From the IMG/VR virus record IMGVR_UViG_3300044742_000102: a DNA stretch of 64,000 nucleotides; one strand, 5' to 3'. The notes beneath the pieces were generated by a model. That model was not told the origin of the DNA and ran no database searches. It saw only the letters and a program-made list of their open reading frames with translations. Positions 46,145 to 52,436 of this stretch are shown here, piece after piece (position 1 is the stretch's first letter; every line of letters starts with the position of its first letter). The position numbers and the translations under genes were made by a program. This DNA is from a virus.

Positions 46145-46225
46145 GTAGTAACGCGGCCTGAGCCGCTACTACGGGGCATATTAGTAGGTAGTTGTAACGC
46201 AACTCTGTCAGTTGCTAACAACTAC
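46145..46225 (+). ncRNA. two strong hairpins, candidate structured sRNA or leader ending at the terminator at 46266-46291
   Basis: GTAGTA-GCGGC-ctga-GCCGC-TACTAC (46145-46172). GTAGTTGT..GCAACT-ctgtc-AGTTGC..ACAACTAC (46188-46225). Preceded by TTGACAAAC at 46110, but with no good -10 element. Confidence 0.3.
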
Positions 46226-46265
46226 AATATACTACATAATCTATTCTCGGCACCAATAAAAACAA

Positions 46266-46291
46266 AGCCGTGGACATCACGGCTATGTTTT
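46266..46291. terminator. intrinsic terminator-like hairpin (A-run upstream, T-run downstream)
   Basis: AGCCGTG-gacat-CACGGCT, flanked by AAAAACAA and ATGTTTT. Confidence 0.55.
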
Positions 46292-46366
46292 CCTTGTTAC
46301 CTCGAATAGATTATATACTCTATGTATATACGTATAATCCAATTATGTGAAGGGGGGTGGTTATCG

Positions 46367-46510
46367 ATGCCTTTACGTGATTGTTCGAAGCTGAGTGGGA
46401 AGGCTAAGAAAGATTGTATATCAGACAATATCTCACGGGAACACAAAGCAGGTAAACCACACAAACAAGCCATAGCCATAGGTATGTCAACTGGCAGAAA
46501 GAAGAAGTAG
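46367..46510 (+). CDS. small basic protein (DUF6496-like KQAIAIG motif)
   Basis: AAGGGGGG RBS. Translates as MPLRDCSKLSGKAKKDCISDNISREHKAGKPHKQAIAIGMSTGRKKK. Confidence 0.5.
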   Translation: MPLRDCSKLSGKAKKDCISDNISREHKAGKPHKQAIAIGMSTGRKKK

Positions 46511-46612
46511 ATGGACATATTCACGAACTTAACAATAACTGATTTCGTTGCTATGCTTGTGATCGTTCTACTGATCGTAGCTGTAATTTACTTTGTACGT
46601 AGAGCATTCTAG
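46511..46612 (+). CDS. 33-aa TM micro-protein
   Basis: The ATG abuts the upstream TAG. Translates as MDIFTNLTITDFVAMLVIVLLIVAVIYFVRRAF. Confidence 0.4.
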   Translation: MDIFTNLTITDFVAMLVIVLLIVAVIYFVRRAF

Positions 46613-46621
46613 GAGGAACCC

Positions 46622-46678
46622 GTGTGTGAATGCGAAGTATGCACATGCTGCTCAGGCTGTGCATGTAAACGGAAGTAG
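46622..46678 (+). CDS. 18-aa Cys-rich micro-ORF
   Basis: AGGAGG RBS, 5 nt, then GTG. Translates as (M)CECEVCTCCSGCACKRK, with 8 Cys in 18 residues. Confidence 0.35.
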   Translation: MCECEVCTCCSGCACKRK

Positions 46679-46696
46679 ACCTGTACTAACGGACAC

Positions 46697-46725
46697 TTGA
46701 CAAACACGTATCAATATGATACAAT
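46697..46725 (+). promoter_or_regulatory. sigma70-type promoter (TTGACA, 17-nt spacer, TACAAT) heading the tRNA island
   Basis: aCTTGACAAACacgtatcaatatgaTACAATgta. Confidence 0.75.
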
Positions 46726-46810
46726 GTATACAAGTTCATAAAACGCGGTCCTGAGCATGACCACTACGTTCCTCTCACTATCATACGGGGACATAAAAAC
46801 TGCTCAACGT

Positions 46811-46882
46811 GGGGGTTTAGTTTACTTGGGAAAACCATTGCTTTGCACGCAGTAGTACGGGGTCCGAATCCCCGAACCTCCA
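46811..46882 (+). tRNA. tRNA-Ala(TGC)
   Basis: Hand-folded. Acceptor GGGGGTT/AACCTCC, anticodon loop TTTGCAC, T arm CGGGG-TCCGAAT-CCCCG. Confidence 0.75.
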
Positions 46883-46980
46883 CCCGTGACTGGCTGACTC
46901 ACGTTAATAATCAGTTCCGTGACTTGGGGACACGTACCCATGCCCAACCGTTTGCTGGTGTCGGTGAATAACCAACACAC

Positions 46981-47061
46981 GTGTCTGATGCGGGTGGACC
47001 CGCAGGGTGACTGTAAATCATCTGCATTGTGACAATGGGAGTTCGATTCTCCCCGGACACA
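46981..47061 (+). tRNA. tRNA-Tyr(GTA), long variable arm
   Basis: Acceptor GTGTCTG/CGGACAC, loop CTGTAAA, T arm GGGAG-TTCGATT-CTCCC. Confidence 0.75.
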
Positions 47062-47066
47062 CCCAC

Positions 47067-47140
47067 GCATCCATAAGACAATGGAAGTCTAGCGGACTTT
47101 TAATCCGTGAGTTTAGGTTCGATCCCTGATGGATGTACCA
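47067..47140 (+). tRNA. tRNA-Lys(TTT), CCA encoded
   Basis: Acceptor GCATCCA/TGGATGT, loop CTTTTAA, T loop TTCGATC. Confidence 0.75.
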
Positions 47141-47141
47141 A

Positions 47142-47214
47142 GCCCGTGTATTTCGACTGGCAGAATGTCATCTCGACATGATGAAGGATAGAGGTTCGAA
47201 TCCTCTCACGGGCA
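47142..47214 (+). tRNA. tRNA-Val(GAC) with unusual C33
   Basis: Acceptor GCCCGTG/CACGGGC, anticodon stem TCATC/GATGA, loop TCGACAT, T arm AGAGG-TTCGAAT-CCTCT. Confidence 0.6.
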
Positions 47215-47216
47215 CC

Positions 47217-47287
47217 CAGCATGTAGCATATTGGAAATGCACTGGACTGTGAATCCAGCTATGTGGGTTCGATTCTCACCTTGCTGA
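47217..47287 (+). tRNA. tRNA-His(GTG)
   Basis: Acceptor CAGCATG/CTTGCTG (one T-T mismatch), loop CTGTGAA, T arm GTGGG-TTCGATT-CTCAC. Confidence 0.7.
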
Positions 47288-47291
47288 CCCT

Positions 47292-47366
47292 GCCCCATTA
47301 GCTTAACGGAAGAGCTTGATCGTTCTAAGGTCTAAGGTGTGGGTTCAAATCCTACATGGGGTGCCA
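47292..47366 (+). tRNA. tRNA-Arg(TCT), CCA encoded
   Basis: Acceptor GCCCCAT/ATGGGGT, loop GTTCTAA, T arm GTGGG-TTCAAAT-CCTAC. Confidence 0.7.
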
Positions 47367-47367
47367 C

Positions 47368-47396
47368 TTGACAAACAATGAAAGATGTGATATAAT
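47368..47396 (+). promoter_or_regulatory. perfect sigma70-consensus promoter (TTGACA, 17-nt spacer, TATAAT)
   Basis: aCTTGACAAACaatgaaagatgtgaTATAATgtgg, immediately after tRNA-Arg. Confidence 0.8.
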
Positions 47397-47493
47397 GTGG
47401 CTCACAGCATTGATACTCTGGTTGATGGTGTTTGGAGCTATTGTGTGGATGTTGTGGGAACTGTATCATCCAGACTGATAAGGATGTGGTATA

Positions 47494-47571
47494 ATGATTA
47501 TCTGGCCGGGTGGACTTGTTGGATTGATTCTTATCATATTGATTGTGCTGTTCCTCACAGGGAACTGCTAG
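47494..47571 (+). CDS. 25-aa hydrophobic micro-ORF
   Basis: AGGA 9 nt upstream of the ATG. Translates as MIIWPGGLVGLILIILIVLFLTGNC. Confidence 0.3.
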   Translation: MIIWPGGLVGLILIILIVLFLTGNC

Positions 47572-47576
47572 AAATA

Positions 47577-47592
47577 GGTTTTCACGAAAACC
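47577..47592. repeat. GTTTTC-NN-GAAAAC family palindrome
   Basis: GGTTTTCacGAAAACC, followed by CTAGAAAG and then the ATG at 47608. Confidence 0.75.
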
Positions 47593-47607
47593 TAGAAAGC
47601 CTGTAGT

Positions 47608-47823
47608 ATGCTACAAATAAACATCTCAGAGGATGCACTAGAATCTCTCCTGTTTGATCGTGATATGACAGGCAATGCTATACGTGATTTTGCCAAACTT
47701 GCTGAGATTCTGATTCCAGTGCTCAAACGGGTGGGTGATGCGTGGGATTTAAACTATGATGCAAACTACATTGAAGAGGAACTCGAAAAAGCCATTGATA
47801 TTATTGTGAATTGGTGCGGATAA
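47608..47823 (+). CDS. hypothetical protein
   Basis: 71-aa acidic ORF. Confidence 0.55.
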   Translation: MLQINISEDALESLLFDRDMTGNAIRDFAKLAEILIPVLKRVGDAWDLNYDANYIEEELEKAIDIIVNWCG

Positions 47824-48068
47824 TGCTGCGTGTAACGGTTGAACTGATTCCGGGTGGATACCTTAGTAATAAGCGAAACATACGTGAACTGGAAATCACC
47901 AACACATCTGTTTCAAGTATCGTTGGTCACCCATCTACATACAAGGTCACATCAAAGGGTGACTACATCGACACCATCGAGGATTGGGATAGCAATAGAC
48001 CAGTCGAGGAACTTGTAGCTGAGGCATTGTTTAGTCTGCGTGATAGACCTCTTAGAGATTATTACTAA
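47823..48068 (+). CDS. hypothetical protein
   Basis: TAATG coupling to the upstream gene. Translates as MLRVTVELIPGGYLSNKRNIRELEITN.... Confidence 0.5.
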   Translation: MLRVTVELIPGGYLSNKRNIRELEITNTSVSSIVGHPSTYKVTSKGDYIDTIEDWDSNRPVEELVAEALFSLRDRPLRDYY

Positions 48069-48072
48069 TAAA

Positions 48073-48147
48073 CGCTCTTGTGCCAGCCGGTAGTTGGCAG
48101 GAAGCTTATATCTTCTTCATGAGCAGGTTCAACTCCTGAAAGAGCGA
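48073..48147 (+). tRNA. tRNA-Ile(TAT)
   Basis: Acceptor CGCTCTT/AAGAGCG, D arm GCCA-gccggtagt-TGGC, loop CTTATAT. Confidence 0.65.
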
Positions 48148-48149
48148 CC

Positions 48150-48239
48150 GGGACTGTCTCAAATGCGGGAAGCCTAGTACCTACGATCTGACTGTACAGC
48201 AGAGAGCGGGGAAGTGCCAGCGTTAGGTTTGCGGTCCCT
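48150..48239 (+). other. 90-nt tRNA-sized structured spacer without a canonical T arm
   Basis: A 7-bp closing stem GGGACTG/CGGTCCC resembles an acceptor stem, but I could not build a T loop or a cloverleaf. Confidence 0.3.
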
Positions 48240-48242
48240 CAT

Positions 48243-48313
48243 GCCCGGTTAGCATAATGGTAAGGCAACAGTGTTACATACTGTGGATAGAGGTTCAATT
48301 CCTCTACGGGGCA
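48243..48313 (+). tRNA. tRNA-Val(TAC)
   Basis: Acceptor GCCCGGT/ACGGGGC (one mismatch), anticodon stem ACAGT/ACTGT, loop GTTACAT. Confidence 0.7.
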
Positions 48314-48384
48314 CAGGGCTATATCACCAGCCCTCTTAGGGATCGCACATGCGGAGCCAGTGCGTTATCAACGCTCCGCAACAT

Positions 48385-48455
48385 GCTCTGTTATGCTAGT
48401 GGAAGGCAAACATTCTTTCAAAGTGTTGGCACGGGTTCGATCCCCGTACAGAGTA
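48385..48455 (+). tRNA. tRNA-Glu(TTC)
   Basis: Acceptor GCTCTGT/ACAGAGT, loop CTTTCAA, T arm ACGGG-TTCGATC-CCCGT. Confidence 0.75.
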
Positions 48456-48499
48456 CCGCATGGTTGTAGGTGACTGCGCTATAGAGTGGAACCTATAGT

Positions 48500-48519
48500 A
48501 AGTTTCACGAATGAAACTT
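48500..48519. repeat. hairpin with AGTTTC/GAAACT arms (same family as the palindromes)
   Basis: AAGTTTCA-cgaa-TGAAACTT. Confidence 0.7.
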
Positions 48520-48528
48520 TCTTATCAT

Positions 48529-48601
48529 CTGGCATTAGGGAAGCGGTCATCCCCCCGCGTTTGGAATGCGGTAGCCGGTAGTTCGAATCTACCATGCCAG
48601 A
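48529..48601 (+). tRNA. tRNA-Pro(TGG)
   Basis: Acceptor CTGGCAT/ATGCCAG, loop TTTGGAA, T arm GGTAG-TTCGAAT-CTACC. Confidence 0.8.
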
Positions 48602-48605
48602 CCCT

Positions 48606-48681
48606 CGAACCATCTTCTAGTGGATCAGGAAGCCTGTCTCTCACACAGGCAACACGAGTTCAAATCTCGTTGGTTCGACCA
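48606..48681 (+). tRNA. tRNA-Glu(CTC), CCA encoded
   Basis: Acceptor CGAACCA/TGGTTCG, anticodon stem CCTGT/ACAGG, loop CTCTCAC. Confidence 0.75.
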
Positions 48682-48682
48682 A

Positions 48683-48756
48683 CTCCCTATAGTGAAGTGG
48701 CCTATCACGCGGCCCTGTCAAGGCTGAGAACACGGGTTCGAATCCCGTTGGGGGGA
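48683..48756 (+). tRNA. tRNA-Asp(GTC)
   Basis: Acceptor CTCCCTA/TGGGGGG (two G-U pairs), D arm GTGA..TCAC, loop CTGTCAA. Confidence 0.7.
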
Positions 48757-48897
48757 CTAACATGCGTAAGTGTGCAACTCCGAATGGTAAACGATCATCA
48801 CTGAATGAATATGCTACACATGCTCGTAGTGGTAGACTACAGATGAAGCAACAGCATTGGTCATCGGTACGTAGAATAACGAAAGACTGGTTGAAGC

Positions 48898-49137
48898 ATG
48901 AGAAAGCGTATTGGTAGCTACGAACTAGAAACGATGCGAAAATATAAAGGCCGTGCGTTTGCTATTACTAAGATCGTAGGTGAGCACAAAGAAACACGTG
49001 TACCGTGGAGATTCTGGATATGTTTCACCTATCTTGTAAAACGGCTAACATATCAGCATTCGCACCATACTTTCGAAAGCTATAAATGGCTGGCAATACC
49101 ATTTATAACAATTCAGTATACATACACTCCTTCATAG
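48898..49137 (+). CDS. hypothetical protein (doubtful)
   Basis: 79-aa ORF whose last 10 nt overlap tRNA-Phe. Confidence 0.35.
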   Translation: MRKRIGSYELETMRKYKGRAFAITKIVGEHKETRVPWRFWICFTYLVKRLTYQHSHHTFESYKWLAIPFITIQYTYTPS

Positions 49138-49198
49138 CTCAGAAGTAGAGCGTCCGGTTGAAGCCCGGTGTGGATCGGAGCGTTACCGGTTGAGGGAA
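49128..49198 (+). tRNA. tRNA-Phe(GAA) with non-canonical T loop
   Basis: Acceptor TCCTTCA/TGAGGGA, D arm AGCTCAGAAGTAGAGC, loop TTGAAGC, T arm ATCGG-AGCGTTA-CCGGT. Confidence 0.6.
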
Positions 49199-49202
49199 CC
49201 CT

Positions 49203-49277
49203 ATCCTCATAGTTCAAGGGATAGAACGAGGGCTTGCGAAGCCTTTGGTCGCAGTTCGAATCTGCGTGAGGATGCCA
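49203..49277 (+). tRNA. tRNA-Arg(GCG), CCA encoded
   Basis: Acceptor ATCCTCA/TGAGGAT, loop TTGCGAA, T arm CGCAG-TTCGAAT-CTGCG. Confidence 0.7.
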
Positions 49278-49278
49278 T

Positions 49279-49350
49279 GCCGCTATAACATAAAGGAGAG
49301 TGTTTCGGACTTCGAATCCGAGAGTCGTGGTTCGATTCCACGTAGCGGTA
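49279..49350 (+). tRNA. tRNA-Arg(TCG)
   Basis: Acceptor GCCGCTA/TAGCGGT, anticodon stem TCGGA/TCCGA, loop CTTCGAA. Confidence 0.75.
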
Positions 49351-49354
49351 CCTT

Positions 49355-49425
49355 ACCTTTGTGGTGTAATGGTAACACAACTGTTTTGTAATCAGTTACT
49401 GCGGGTTCGATTCCTGCCATTGGTG
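49355..49425 (+). tRNA. tRNA-Thr(TGT) with two T-T mismatches in the acceptor stem
   Basis: Acceptor ACCTTTG/CATTGGT, D arm GTGT-aatggta-ACAC, loop TTTGTAA. Confidence 0.6.
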
Positions 49426-49430
49426 CCCTT

Positions 49431-49455
49431 GCTAGTATCAGATACTCGTACTAGC
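49431..49455. repeat. hairpin following the CCTTGCTAG motif
   Basis: GCTAGTA...TACTAGC arms with an inner palindrome AGTATCaGATACT. Confidence 0.65.
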
Positions 49456-49622
49456 TCGTGAGTGTAAGAGTGTCCAGCCACTTGTCAATCATGACAGGTA
49501 AGGAGTACCCCACACGACAGTCTCACGAAGATCATAGATCGACTGTCTCACTCCACAACAGACTGATCCACCATATGTGGAAACAGATCATTGACCGTTA
49601 GACCAACTAGCGGTCATTGCTT

Positions 49623-49696
49623 GCGGGATTGAGTTACCGGTAAACTGCGACTCTTCCAAAGTTGATAAGCCGGTTCAATTCCGGCATCCCGCACCA
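49623..49696 (+). tRNA. tRNA-Gly(TCC), CCA encoded
   Basis: Acceptor GCGGGAT/ATCCCGC, loop CTTCCAA, T arm GCCGG-TTCAATT-CCGGC. Confidence 0.8.
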
Positions 49697-49712
49697 TTAG
49701 AATGGAGTCCTG

Positions 49713-50036
49713 ATGGACATTGACACTACATTAATCATACAGGGTGGAGTATTCGGTGCCGTTGGTGTACTCACATCAGTCAAGCTATTGACTAGCTATT
49801 TCAAGAAGTTCTTTGATCTACGTGGCCGATGGGTCATGGGTATGACCCTGCTCTTGTCTGCATACGCGGTATCGACTGCGATACTATCAGTCTACTGGTC
49901 CATCGTAGGTCTCGTGTTCATGGGAGTATACCTAACCGTATTGGTGGCTACAACAGCAGATGCCTACTTTCAGCAAGAAGAAGCTACGCAGGTACAACGC
50001 GCTGCGGAGCATCCTGATAAGGTTCGTTTACGATAG
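49713..50036 (+). CDS. membrane protein, 3 TM segments (holin-like candidate)
   Basis: GGAG RBS. Hydrophobic stretches GGVFGAVGVLTSVKLL, MGMTLLLSAYAVSTAILSVYW and IVGLVFMGVYLTVLVA. Confidence 0.55.
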   Translation: MDIDTTLIIQGGVFGAVGVLTSVKLLTSYFKKFFDLRGRWVMGMTLLLSAYAVSTAILSVYWSIVGLVFMGVYLTVLVATTADAYFQQEEATQVQRAAEHPDKVRLR

Positions 50037-50106
50037 GCAGCAATAAGCTAGCGGTAAACTTCTACATTGCCAATGTAGACTCAGGAGTTCGATCCTCCTT
50101 TGCTGC
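50037..50106 (+). tRNA. tRNA-Gly(GCC)
   Basis: Acceptor GCAGCAA/TTGCTGC, anticodon stem CTACA/TGTAG, loop TTGCCAA. Confidence 0.75.
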
Positions 50107-50153
50107 ACTTTGCGGTTGATGGTAACGCGCAATCGCGGTGGAACCATCATCAT

Positions 50154-50234
50154 GTACTTGTGGTGGAATGGCATACACGATAGCCTTAGAAGCTATTCTC
50201 GCAAGGGGTGCAGGTTCGAATCCTGTCAGGTACA
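50154..50234 (+). tRNA. tRNA-Leu(TAG), long variable arm
   Basis: Acceptor GTACTTG/CAGGTAC, anticodon stem ATAGC/GCTAT, loop CTTAGAA. Confidence 0.75.
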
Positions 50235-50302
50235 CAAAGAGGTTGGTGGCAACGCTCACTAATATGTCTGTGAGTTACCCTCTCTAAAAACCACCCATCT
50301 AT

Positions 50303-50375
50303 GCGGGTATGGTGAAACGGCAAACACAACTGGTTTAAGCCCAGCACGCTACAGGTTCGAATCCTGTTACCCGTA
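50303..50375 (+). tRNA. 73-nt type-I tRNA carrying the Leu anticodon TAA (short variable loop)
   Basis: Acceptor GCGGGTA/TACCCGT, loop TTTAAGC, 5-nt variable loop ACGCT, T arm ACAGG-TTCGAAT-CCTGT, discriminator A73. Confidence 0.6.
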
Positions 50376-50380
50376 CCCAT

Positions 50381-50461
50381 GTGCGATTGGTGGAATGGCA
50401 TACACGCAAGTCTGAGAGGCTTGTCTCGCAAGAGATGGGAGTTCGAGTCTCCTGTCGCACA
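50381..50461 (+). tRNA. tRNA-Leu(GAG), long variable arm
   Basis: Acceptor GTGCGAT/GTCGCAC, loop CTGAGAG, T arm GGGAG-TTCGAGT-CTCCT. Confidence 0.75.
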
Positions 50462-50480
50462 CTAGTTAGAAAGTAGCAAT

Positions 50481-50687
50481 ATGACATCAAGTATCGGTCG
50501 GATCGTACACTACGTAGACTATGATGGTCGGCACATTGCAGCAATGATTGTGCAGCTTGCTGATGAAGATACGAATGAGGAACGACTCGCTATTTTTGAT
50601 CCATACTACAACACAACAATGTGGAGAGATGCATCACAAGATGCAGAATGTGGACTAACAACATGGCATGAGCCAGAAAGGGTATAA
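50481..50687 (+). CDS. hypothetical protein
   Basis: 68 aa, preceded by the TAGAAAGTAG leader. Confidence 0.5.
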   Translation: MTSSIGRIVHYVDYDGRHIAAMIVQLADEDTNEERLAIFDPYYNTTMWRDASQDAECGLTTWHEPERV

Positions 50688-50689
50688 CA

Positions 50690-50884
50690 ATGCACATGAC
50701 ATCAGCGCAGGCAGAAGCAATCGTAGAAGCGTTTCGTGTAGCAGCGATCACAACACTGACACACCTAACTCGTAGGTTCCTCTTCACTGTAGTCAGTACA
50801 CCGGGTGTGACATGGAACACCGCACAGGCTGCATACCTGAATGCACGAGACATTCACGCAGCGGAGCCGTTCGTAGAAACATAA
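50690..50884 (+). CDS. hypothetical protein
   Basis: 64-aa ORF. Confidence 0.45.
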   Translation: MHMTSAQAEAIVEAFRVAAITTLTHLTRRFLFTVVSTPGVTWNTAQAAYLNARDIHAAEPFVET

Positions 50885-50887
50885 AAT

Positions 50888-50968
50888 GGAAGGTTGGCAG
50901 AGTGGTAATGCAGCGGTTTGCTAAACCGTAGGGGGCAACCTCCAGGGGTTCGATTCCTCTACTTTCCG
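50888..50968 (+). tRNA. tRNA-Ser(GCT), long variable arm
   Basis: Acceptor GGAAGGT/ACTTTCC, loop TTGCTAA, variable arm AGGGGGCAACCTCC. Confidence 0.75.
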
Positions 50969-51003
50969 CTTGGTCCTGAGCAGGACTATAAAAGGCTCAA
51001 CAT

Positions 51004-51075
51004 GTCTCCGTAGCACAATGGTACTGCTACTGGCTCTTACCCAGCAGAATACTGGTTCGAATCCAGTCGGGGACA
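51004..51075 (+). tRNA. tRNA-Lys(CTT)
   Basis: Acceptor GTCTCCG/CGGGGAC, loop CTCTTAC, T arm ACTGG-TTCGAAT-CCAGT. Confidence 0.7.
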
Positions 51076-51098
51076 CCCCCCTAGAAAGTAGTTACACC

Positions 51099-51404
51099 AT
51101 GCAATCAGGCATTGACTACATTCAGGAACAGATCGAAAGAGGGAATACAGGCAACTTTGCGAGTAATCAATTTACGAATGAAGAAGCCCTACAATTCTTT
51201 CAAACCATCGAACAGCTAGGTGGTCATGTGACTATACCAGAAATATATAAAGATCACGATGGACCCGGTGAAGACTATGCTGACTCGTGTGAGGTACACC
51301 TGTATACGGACACATTGTTTGGTGAAATTATGATTACAATAATCCCACACAGCCCAGATGATATGGAGTTCAAGACCGATCTTGTCTGGTTGTGGTGGGA
51401 CTAA
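51099..51404 (+). CDS. hypothetical acidic protein
   Basis: I chose the ATG at 51099, after the TAGAAAGTAG leader. The upstream part of the tracked ORF covers two tRNAs. Confidence 0.5.
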   Translation: MQSGIDYIQEQIERGNTGNFASNQFTNEEALQFFQTIEQLGGHVTIPEIYKDHDGPGEDYADSCEVHLYTDTLFGEIMITIIPHSPDDMEFKTDLVWLWWD

Positions 51405-51407
51405 TAT

Positions 51408-51481
51408 TCCAGAGTCTTCTAAGGGTAGGAAGGCTGTCTTTGAAACAGCTAATGAATGTTCGAATCATTCCTTTGGAACCA
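51408..51481 (+). tRNA. tRNA-Gln(TTG), CCA encoded
   Basis: Acceptor TCCAGAG/CTTTGGA (U1-A72), anticodon stem GCTGT/ACAGC, loop CTTTGAA. Confidence 0.8.
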
Positions 51482-51499
51482 TCCTAGAAAGAGATATAC

Positions 51500-51799
51500 A
51501 TGGTTAATTATACTGGTGTGTGGTTGTGTAACGATGCCGGTGACTGTTCAATGGTGGAGCGTAGCGATGATAATTGCTATGTTGCTGTAGAAGTTGGTGT
51601 TGTTAAGGATACTATGCCATACTACAACAGCGTGAAGCTCATTGTAGCATTGCCAAATGTCCTTGCTGCATCTCCTACGTTTATGAATATATTTCAACAA
51701 GAGTTTGTAGAAGCAACGGCATACCTACACCGCTATGCTGTAGAAAAGCTAGAAAGTAGTTCTCATGCAGATCATACCGCTTCTTCGAACATTTCTTGA
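51500..51799 (+). CDS. hypothetical protein
   Basis: 99 aa, preceded by the CCTAGAAAG leader. Confidence 0.5.
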   Translation: MVNYTGVWLCNDAGDCSMVERSDDNCYVAVEVGVVKDTMPYYNSVKLIVALPNVLAASPTFMNIFQQEFVEATAYLHRYAVEKLESSSHADHTASSNIS

Positions 51800-51824
51800 C
51801 AACAACAGAGATGTGAAGGTTGTT

Positions 51825-52181
51825 ATGTTCGAGATGGGTACACGCGAGTACGAGATATTCGAAGAGGAATTGGATAGTATGCGCTACTACCCACGCACGC
51901 ATGAACAATTATCATTTTGTGGAGTACCTATTGTGCGTACGGGTGATCCCGGTATATGTGCAAAAATTCAACAGTGGATCATTATTTCGGACTCTGCTAA
52001 TGGTAGGCAAGCTGTCTCTGAAACAGCCAATCTAGGTCCGACTCCTAGGTCCGAAGCAGACCAGTTTATTATAGATCACTATAGTAAGCTGGAGTGTAGA
52101 ACAAACTATGGTGAAACTCGTGGTCGTAGAGATATTCGTACCTACAACCATTGGGACTATGCAGACTCAATTGGGGAGTAA
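51825..52181 (+). CDS. hypothetical ORF that reads through tRNA-Gln(CTG) (3' extent doubtful)
   Basis: MFEMGTREYEIFEEELD.... The frame stays open across the tRNA at 51986-52056 and stops inside the next tRNA. Confidence 0.35.
   Translation: MFEMGTREYEIFEEELDSMRYYPRTHEQLSFCGVPIVRTGDPGICAKIQQWIIISDSANGRQAVSETANLGPTPRSEADQFIIDHYSKLECRTNYGETRGRRDIRTYNHWDYADSIGE
51986..52056 (+). tRNA. tRNA-Gln(CTG)
   Basis: Acceptor TTCGGAC/GTCCGAA, anticodon stem GCTGT/ACAGC, loop CTCTGAA, T arm CTAGG-TCCGACT-CCTAG. A paralogue of the tRNA at 51408. Confidence 0.7.
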
Positions 52182-52244
52182 CGCAAATGGTTCGCGGCAT
52201 CTCTGATAAGGATGTATTCGAAGGTCCGATTCCTTCATTCCCCA
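52173..52244 (+). tRNA. tRNA-Ile(GAT)
   Basis: Acceptor GGGGAGT/ATTCCCC, loop CTGATAA, T arm GAAGG-TCCGATT-CCTTC. Confidence 0.7.
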
Positions 52245-52251
52245 CCGGTTT

Positions 52252-52292
52252 GGCAGTATTACCTCTAGTTAGCTTTTCTAGTGAAAACTGCC
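52252..52292. repeat. hairpin GGCAGT...ACTGCC enclosing TTTTC-tagt-GAAAA
   Basis: 6-bp outer arms with an inner motif of the palindrome family. Confidence 0.6.
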
Positions 52293-52297
52293 TATAT

Positions 52298-52368
52298 TCC
52301 CCGGTCGTATAAAGATATTACGCGACTCTGTTAAAGTCATTATAGAGGTTTGATTCCTCTCTGGGGAG
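52298..52368 (+). tRNA. tRNA-Asn(GTT)
   Basis: Acceptor TCCCCGG/CTGGGGA, loop CTGTTAA, T arm AGAGG-TTTGATT-CCTCT. Confidence 0.7.
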
Positions 52369-52370
52369 CC

Positions 52371-52433
52371 TTGCTAGGTTGTAGTGTCATGTAAAATGTG
52401 GGTCATCGGCACACACCCCACATTACCTAGCAA
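52371..52433. repeat. long two-tier hairpin following CCTTGCTAG
   Basis: Outer arms TTGCTAGGT/ACCTAGCAA (9 bp) and inner arms AATGTGGG/CCCACATT (8 bp). Confidence 0.75.
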
Positions 52434-52436
52434 TAT

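Noticed and set aside
47397-47606. 69-aa ORF starting with GTG at 47397
   Set aside because: The start codon directly abuts the -10 hexamer of the promoter at 47368-47396, so it would lie upstream of the transcription start. Short hydrophobic micro-ORFs in other frames (for example 47494-47571) are more plausible, but they are still unproven.
50062-50544. - strand ORFs across the tRNA island (50062..50259, 50186..50431, 50335..50544, 53120..53533, 53137..53328) and + ORFs 48257..48469, 48511..48804 and 53827..54069
   Set aside because: Each is made almost entirely of tRNA gene sequence or its antisense, so the open frames are by-products of the tRNA genes.
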